Virus record (IMG/VR): IMGVR_UViG_3300033178_000167
Span: 1 to 29,012 of that record
Source of the DNA: a virus
Reading direction: 5' to 3' (one strand)
DNA length: 29,012 nucleotides
Every line of letters starts with the position of its first letter. The first letter of the stretch is position 1. Below, piece after piece: positions 23,005 to 29,012 of this stretch. Below the pieces are notes generated by a model, which did not search any database, was not told where the DNA came from, and was given only the letters and a program-made list of their open reading frames with translations. The translations under genes were made by a program, and so were the position numbers.

Positions 23005-25281
23005 TTAACACGATCTCCTTCCAAATGCCCCTACACTGATAAATCCCATGTTGTTTAATGTTGCACGGTTGTACATCATTCTACTGTTGATTCCTAGGTA
23101 TGTTTTCAAATTTTTCTCCAGTTTACCCATAACTTGATTATAGTAGCTTCCGGGCCGGTTCACACTCACCCTGCTAATATATCCCTCTTCCCGGGTTATG
23201 GAATGGGTAACTGTCTTGGTGCTATAATTCCCTGAAAGGGAATGCCCCGCTAACTTACTTACCATGTACTGTGCGGGGTTTAAAAGAGAGGTTCCTTTCA
23301 ATATGATGGTGAAACTTGCCAAGGGGTAACTGTTCTGTTCTACGTGTCTTTTTGTTTCAATATCTGCATCTGTCTGATTGTTTATCTCAGTAGCATCCTC
23401 ATAATCTTCCCATGCTCCGGGACCATAACGGGCAATACTATCAAGGTTTTCATACTTGCTAATACCTGTCCGGTCTTCATCTCCTTCTTTGTAATGATAA
23501 TGCATTAAATGGCGGTTACGGATGGTTTCATAAGGAGCATAACTTTTATCTGTTACTCCTAAAACATTCACACCCTCAACAGCCTGTACTGGGCTTTGCA
23601 GGTTCATTTCTGGGGACATCATGAATATATCGGTTGCTCTTGTGCGGCCGTAATCCACCCAGGCCACATACTCTAATTTCTCAAGTATTTCATTTATGAC
23701 CTCATAAGGGTAACTGGTTTCCTGTTCCACCTTCATTTTCTTATTTAGTGTTGATGGATAGGCTGTTAATCCTAGTAAATGAATTATACTGTTTTTCCGG
23801 AAACTGATCTGGTTTGTTGTAACATTTGGGTCCCTTACAACTATTTTAGACACATGGTATTCACTGGATGGGGCGTAACGGTCAAATGCTTTTTTCAATT
23901 CAAATTTCCCTAACTGTTCTATCCCATTTAGGGTGGGTTTTAATTGTCCAATCAGGTTACTTGCCCCGGGTTTGCCTGTGAAAAGGATTGTATAGGTTTT
24001 TGCATTTGCAATTGTTTCCCCTGCCTTGTGCATTGTCACTTCAATATTGAATTGTACCCTTGTATCATTCCCACAGCTTTCTCCACTTGTAATATATTTC
24101 AGGCATAAAATGTCATCCTTGGCTGCATCAAAGGGTCTGTCTGGGTTATCCCATAATGTCATATAGTAATTGCCGTTTGAGACCACTCCACAGCCATCGT
24201 AACTCAATGGGTCATAACCTATACGGAGGCCTTTACTTGGACTGTATGCCTTGTTAAACCCATTATTCGCAATTACACCATTACAATCATCCGGGTTGGT
24301 GAAATCTAAATTAAGTGTGTAAGGGTACAGTATCCCATAATTTAAGGGACCATATTCACAGGTTTCACTGCAATGCCTGATACTTTCCAGGGCAGATCCG
24401 AATTGGACCACGGGGAATGTATAGGTATCATCTCCACTGGGTGCAATTCCAATATAGTAGTTTGTATAGACTGGTTTCCGGTAGAAATCAACTACCCTAT
24501 CCACCCCATGGATAGTTATTTGGGTGTTATCATCGTTTTCATCAATTCCAAGAACATACCCTCCAAACTTAACCCTTGTATCCTTCCAATCACTGCCAAC
24601 TGAGATGTTGAGTATATCCATGAAATCAAAGACTTTCCGGCTGAAAATGTTAAGGTTAGGGTCGTTCCATTCCTCCCTGAGTGGTAGGGTTATGTCTGCA
24701 CTGTTTAACTCCCCCATGCTGTTCTCGGTGAACTCTATTTCGCTCCAATCAAGCCGATATTTGCTTTGTCTGTGGTCGCTACTGTAATATTCAAGCCTGT
24801 ACATTTGGAGGTAATCTACCCAGGCATCTAATCCATCCAATTCTATCTTGAAATCATGCCAACCCTCATTTAACTCAAGATAACCAAAATCAAGGTAACG
24901 GTAATGTTCACTGTACCCTGTGAGGGTGTTTATCTGTCCAACCAGTTTGTTGTCAATATAAAGTTTTACAAACTTGTTCCCATTAACAGGCTGCCGACTA
25001 GCCCGGATTAGAACCCAGTGTAATCCTTCCTTTTTTATGTACCGTTTCGTTGTTAGGTTTGCATTGGTTAAACTTGGCCTGTGCCCTGCTAACCCTACAA
25101 GGGTGGCTCCAAGATGTTCTCTTTCATAAATCTGACTATTGCTTTTATCCCAACTGGTACAGGGGAATTTGTAAATGTTTGAGTGGTCCCTAGCCCATAT
25201 TTCCACCTTGACAAAAGGGTCCTCTGTATGGACCACTGAGGGGCTGCTAATCAGTTTGGGTTGGAACTCTGCACTAATCAT
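23005..25281 (-). CDS. Baseplate hub/Tal-like minor tail protein with a carbohydrate-binding insert
   Basis: 758 aa. CBM-like LNEGWHDFKIE...VDYL; hub-like NSADITL, FGGYV..ID......TIHGVD, SI.RYG; two genes after the TMP. Confidence 0.65.
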   Translation of the reverse strand: MISAEFQPKLISSPSVVHTEDPFVKVEIWARDHSNIYKFPCTSWDKSNSQIYEREHLGATLVGLAGHRPSLTNANLTTKRYIKKEGLHWVLIRASRQPVNGNKFVKLYIDNKLVGQINTLTGYSEHYRYLDFGYLELNEGWHDFKIELDGLDAWVDYLQMYRLEYYSSDHRQSKYRLDWSEIEFTENSMGELNSADITLPLREEWNDPNLNIFSRKVFDFMDILNISVGSDWKDTRVKFGGYVLGIDENDDNTQITIHGVDRVVDFYRKPVYTNYYIGIAPSGDDTYTFPVVQFGSALESIRHCSETCEYGPLNYGILYPYTLNLDFTNPDDCNGVIANNGFNKAYSPSKGLRIGYDPLSYDGCGVVSNGNYYMTLWDNPDRPFDAAKDDILCLKYITSGESCGNDTRVQFNIEVTMHKAGETIANAKTYTILFTGKPGASNLIGQLKPTLNGIEQLGKFELKKAFDRYAPSSEYHVSKIVVRDPNVTTNQISFRKNSIIHLLGLTAYPSTLNKKMKVEQETSYPYEVINEILEKLEYVAWVDYGRTRATDIFMMSPEMNLQSPVQAVEGVNVLGVTDKSYAPYETIRNRHLMHYHYKEGDEDRTGISKYENLDSIARYGPGAWEDYEDATEINNQTDADIETKRHVEQNSYPLASFTIILKGTSLLNPAQYMVSKLAGHSLSGNYSTKTVTHSITREEGYISRVSVNRPGSYYNQVMGKLEKNLKTYLGINSRMMYNRATLNNMGFISVGAFGRRSC

Positions 25282-25285
25282 TTAT

Positions 25286-27652
25286 TTATACTCCTTGTAA
25301 TGCTATTCCCTGTTTTGTTGGGCGGTAAAACTCCCTAGCTAATGATAAGTAATAGTTATCACTGATAGGAGGTTGCATCTGGTCGTAGACTCCTATTCCT
25401 GTAATGTCACTGGCAGGTATACTGTCACTTTTAATCGTGGTGGGGTCTTTTTTCATGATAAGCATACCATAACGGTTTGCCGTGAGAGGGGGTATAGGAT
25501 ATATTGTTTGATTTGCCACAGGACTTGGAGCTAATTGGAAAATATCACCATAGAACTCTGCACTTTGTTGTCCATCCGTGTATATCATCAAGTTTAGTTT
25601 TTCTGCTTCCGAAGAGATGACAGTATGATATATATTACGTATAGAAGGGGTTGACGTTAAGGTAAAAGGAGCACTACTGGTTGTGTTTAATGCAGTATCA
25701 TCTGATTTTCTTTCAGTTATTAGTAGTTTCCATGTTCCAGTTCCTTTTAAATACACTCTTCCTCCAAATATAAGCCCCGTGTTGTTTCCTGTTAGTAATG
25801 AAACCTCGTCTAAGTAAACACCCTCCGTGGCTTGGAGGTTTTTACTTGTACACTTCAAATGGTATGTTCCATAACTGGCCCCACTGACTCGTTCTAGTGT
25901 GCTACTCACATCATTGAATCCGTCTAATCCTTCTTCAACACTATACATGTTAGTTGTTAAAAGGTTGTGAGGGTTGAAGTGTAGTGAATAAAATTGGGTG
26001 AGCATTGAAACATCCGCATCCGCAGCCAACCCATTACTGATCACTCCATCATGGTAACAACTAGTATTCTTAGTGAAACCAATATCATCATTGGGGTGTT
26101 CCACATAAACAAAAGGTTTACCCGCCCTTAAAGTCCAGAATGTCCTGTCTAATTGGAGGGTGAATACATCCTTTGAAACATAAAATGGACGGATTAATCG
26201 GGTTAAATGGCTAAAAGTGAAAGTATTAGCCAGTATATAGCTTGTTCCATCCCAACAATACATTTCCACCCCATTACTGGTGGGGACAAGTTTGATTATT
26301 CCATTTGTGAAATTGAATTTACCAATACTCAAATCTGTTTCGTTATGTGTAACCAACCGGGGCACACTATCCGTATAATTACTGTTCCATCCTTTTACAC
26401 TGCCCTTGTAATAATTAGCCGGGTCTATCTGGAAATTCAAAGATTCACTTAGGTTTTTAAAACATTGAATATTACCTTCTGCGCTGGCCCGGTAAAAAGT
26501 AGGGGCCAGGTTAGGGGTGGCATCTGGAGGTAACACTACAACATTGGGTTTATCACTTTCAAGGTAATTGTAAACCTTAACATCACTAATACTCATACTA
26601 TTAGTTGTACTATCTCTGTTCAGGTAATATACTCCCATGTATAGGTCTTTCCAAGCCCCCATGTTGGTCGGGCCGTAAAAAATTGTACTGAAGCCAGTCC
26701 ATGACCCACTGACATACCGGTTCAGTTCAACCCGCATATAATACTTGCTATCAGTGGTTAAACGGAATTTAAATGCTGTTGGACTGTTATCCACAGTTAT
26801 AGGTACAAGATTCCACCATGAACCCCCTCCAGGGCTCCCTATCGTGTGCACCTGGTAGTATTGGTTAGATGTGCTTACACCTAAACTCACCATGTAACTG
26901 TCATTCCATACCGGGGGTGTGGAACTGCTCCGGTTTGGGCTGAACCATACATTTATATCCTTATCCTTATTACCAGCACTTGGCTTATTCCCCGGATATA
27001 ATGTAAATTCCATGATGAATCCATGGTCAAATTGAGTCCTGTGATTGGTCCACACTTGACCGGGAACACCATCAGTGTCTGCCCCTCCACTGAAAACTAT
27101 TTGACCCCCACTACTAGCAATAGCTCCATTTGCCATCCTATACTTACTTGCAGCGAACCAGTCATTTGTAGTGTCAAAATCGGCCCCAGACTCGTTAATG
27201 ATGTATGCAGGGGTTAAATCCTCATAACTATGTTCAATATCGGTCCCATCCTCCCCACCCCGGGTATAGTGCACGGTTAATATTTCATTTAAATCATTAC
27301 TAATCATCTCACCATTCATAACAACCTTAGTCTTTCTCATATTCACAAAATACTGCATAGGGTCTGATAAAACAACCCAACCCTTCAATATACCAGTGTA
27401 ATTATTAATGGAAAGGTTAGAATCGACAGGAGATTGTAAAGGTAATAAACCCCATCGATTATGCCTGCTATGGACTATACGGGGGTTGGTTGTGGAGGAC
27501 CGGCTAACAGGTTGGCATAAACCAACCAGTTGTTGGGCTTCCTCCGGTGTGCATTTAATACTCAGATTAAACTTACCCTCCTCTGATTCCGGGTCCACTA
27601 TTTCATGAGCCTGGCCCAAACCAATCGGACCTATCTTTGCAATATCAGTCAT
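25286..27652 (-). CDS. Minor tail protein (distal-tail position) with lectin/CBM-like domains
   Basis: 788 aa directly after the TMP; ConA-like segment (FIMEF...FKFRL...YMRVE) and CBM4/9-like segment (NLL.N..S.E.GLDGF). Confidence 0.65.
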   Translation of the reverse strand: MTDIAKIGPIGLGQAHEIVDPESEEGKFNLSIKCTPEEAQQLVGLCQPVSRSSTTNPRIVHSRHNRWGLLPLQSPVDSNLSINNYTGILKGWVVLSDPMQYFVNMRKTKVVMNGEMISNDLNEILTVHYTRGGEDGTDIEHSYEDLTPAYIINESGADFDTTNDWFAASKYRMANGAIASSGGQIVFSGGADTDGVPGQVWTNHRTQFDHGFIMEFTLYPGNKPSAGNKDKDINVWFSPNRSSSTPPVWNDSYMVSLGVSTSNQYYQVHTIGSPGGGSWWNLVPITVDNSPTAFKFRLTTDSKYYMRVELNRYVSGSWTGFSTIFYGPTNMGAWKDLYMGVYYLNRDSTTNSMSISDVKVYNYLESDKPNVVVLPPDATPNLAPTFYRASAEGNIQCFKNLSESLNFQIDPANYYKGSVKGWNSNYTDSVPRLVTHNETDLSIGKFNFTNGIIKLVPTSNGVEMYCWDGTSYILANTFTFSHLTRLIRPFYVSKDVFTLQLDRTFWTLRAGKPFVYVEHPNDDIGFTKNTSCYHDGVISNGLAADADVSMLTQFYSLHFNPHNLLTTNMYSVEEGLDGFNDVSSTLERVSGASYGTYHLKCTSKNLQATEGVYLDEVSLLTGNNTGLIFGGRVYLKGTGTWKLLITERKSDDTALNTTSSAPFTLTSTPSIRNIYHTVISSEAEKLNLMIYTDGQQSAEFYGDIFQLAPSPVANQTIYPIPPLTANRYGMLIMKKDPTTIKSDSIPASDITGIGVYDQMQPPISDNYYLSLAREFYRPTKQGIALQGV

Positions 27653-27657
27653 TAGTT

Positions 27658-29012
27658 TTATCTCCCAAACTGGTATGTTTTCACTCTTCTAGCTTCCTCA
27701 TCAAAAGCGGTTTTAGCAATGTCTTTGATCTGTTTTTTATACTCATCCATACCCACAAAGGGGCCACCGATTTGTATTGCTCCCTCATGGAAATGCACAC
27801 CTCCTCCAGTATTTCCCGGTCCTTGTGGAGGAGGAGTATAAGTGTTTGCTAAAGCCCGTCTTGTGGGATCATAATCCACTCCATTTGCACGGAGCCACAC
27901 ATGACTCATCCCATCATAAGTTCCCCAAACCATCTCGGTGGGAACACCAAAAAGGCCATTAATCATGCCCATTAAACCGAGAGTTGTGTCAAAACAGTTC
28001 CCTCCATCAAAAACAGCATCTATTGGGTCCTTCAAGTGTCCCCCATAAGCCATATATTCCAGGCCCGGACCGATGTCTGTCATAAATTGGGCAACAGTCA
28101 TGTCTTTAGGACCATTAGGTGGGGCCCACTGCCCTCTTAGTAGCATGGCGGCCATGTCAAAGGGTTGGCCTCCAATAACACTCCATGTATGGGGGATTGA
28201 AGTTCCATTCCATACTCCGTTCTGCATCCCCGCACCTATACCGAAACGTTGCCCAGCTTCACTTTGGAGGAATTGTGCCCCATCATAACAGTTACATGAA
28301 CCACTATCCCACACTTCCTGGTTGCTTTTCTGGTCACCCATGTAGAAAGTGTATCCAAGGTGTGATGCTATCCCATTAGCTATGGGGGTGAATCCTGCTA
28401 AGCCACTGAACCGGTGCGCTAATGCCTGGCTTATGTATCCTGATCCCACCCCGCTTTTGGCTGACATTGTACTGATTATAGCATCATTGATTGGTCCTCT
28501 TGGTCCTTGTGCATTGGAAATTAATGTTCCTGCCCGGTTTGCTATGTTACTGGCAACACCCATGGCCCTACTTGGTCCCATAGGCCAAACAAAATCAGTT
28601 ATTTTACTAGTGATTATGTTTAAAATATCTCCAATGCTAGGAACTTGCCACCATAATTCTTTGATTTTCTGCCAAGTTTGATTCAGGAAGTCACCTATGC
28701 TGGGTATATTCCAGAATAACTCCTTAATCTTCTGCCAAGTCTGACCTAATAATTGTCCAACCCCAGGAACATGCCAGTTAAGCGGGTTTATCTTCTCCCC
28801 GATCCCTTGCAACACTTGGTTCACACTTGGAGGTTTCCAGTTGAATTTAGGAATCTTGGGAAGTAATACATCTTTTAATTTATTGAGTATTTGGCTTGCA
28901 CTGGGCCATTTAAGCCCGGCTAATGGTGTTCCTCGGAGTAATCCCTTCTCTCCGAGAATATCATCCATTATTGATGGTTTCCCCCCCTTCCCATCGGCAG
29001 CATGAACAGTAC
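27658..29012 (-). CDS. Tape measure protein, C-terminal part (5' truncated by the window), with two Pei-like catalytic domains
   Basis: Frame is open to the window edge (TVHAADGKGGKPSI-MDD...). About 21-aa Trp-periodic amphipathic repeats; two NC[YF]D...H[TV]W...D triads; immediately upstream of the tail genes. Confidence 0.8.
   Translation of the reverse strand, partial: TVHAADGKGGKPSIMDDILGEKGLLRGTPLAGLKWPSASQILNKLKDVLLPKIPKFNWKPPSVNQVLQGIGEKINPLNWHVPGVGQLLGQTWQKIKELFWNIPSIGDFLNQTWQKIKELWWQVPSIGDILNIITSKITDFVWPMGPSRAMGVASNIANRAGTLISNAQGPRGPINDAIISTMSAKSGVGSGYISQALAHRFSGLAGFTPIANGIASHLGYTFYMGDQKSNQEVWDSGSCNCYDGAQFLQSEAGQRFGIGAGMQNGVWNGTSIPHTWSVIGGQPFDMAAMLLRGQWAPPNGPKDMTVAQFMTDIGPGLEYMAYGGHLKDPIDAVFDGGNCFDTTLGLMGMINGLFGVPTEMVWGTYDGMSHVWLRANGVDYDPTRRALANTYTPPPQGPGNTGGGVHFHEGAIQIGGPFVGMDEYKKQIKDIAKTAFDEEARRVKTYQFGR

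Larger units (their letters stand above)
1..29012 (-). mobile_element. Segment of a tailed archaeal virus/provirus, probable Methanobacteriales host
   Basis: Tape measure and tail genes, pseudomurein endoisopeptidase, Prim-Pol/helicase, dense co-oriented small ORFs with archaeal SD (GGTGA/GGAGG) and TATA motifs. No host housekeeping genes. No integrase in the window, so virus vs provirus is unresolved. Confidence 0.9.

Noticed and set aside
20537-27652. Diversity-generating retroelement acting on tail adhesins
   Set aside because: No reverse transcriptase and no template/variable repeat pair seen in this window.
666-28681. Most plus-strand track ORFs antisense to long minus-strand genes (e.g. 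7647..8042, 12217..12465, 15481..15846, 28349..28681) and nested minus ORFs 5604..5789 and 18939..19142
   Set aside because: Shadow ORFs with no SD or motifs that overlap well-supported genes.

Overview
A 29-kb segment of a tailed archaeal virus or provirus (siphovirus-like Caudoviricetes), very likely infecting a pseudomurein-walled methanogen (Methanobacteriales). Support for the host: a PeiW/PeiP-type pseudomurein endoisopeptidase, GGTGA/GGAGG ribosome-binding sites and TTTATATA-type TATA boxes. Almost all genes are on the minus strand. Read in that direction, the window starts inside the tape measure protein (5' end outside the window), then three tail/baseplate/adhesin genes and the endolysin. 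Next come a short inverted (+) operon, a divergent promoter region and many small early genes, many of them Zn-finger microproteins. These are followed by a Prim-Pol/helicase replication gene with an iteron-like repeat cluster, an ERCC4 nuclease, HNH and GIY-YIG endonucleases, a metallophosphoesterase and a holin-like gene. The most striking signal is a ~95-nt RNA leader in front of each of the two free-standing GIY-YIG homing endonucleases. The two leaders differ in sequence but keep the same covarying architecture: two mutually exclusive pseudoknots, one leaving the Shine-Dalgarno free and one sequestering it. This suggests a bistable translational switch. The second notable signal is a pair of tandem Pei-like Cys-His-Asp catalytic domains at the tape measure C-terminus. 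All family calls come from motif recognition by eye; no database searches were run.
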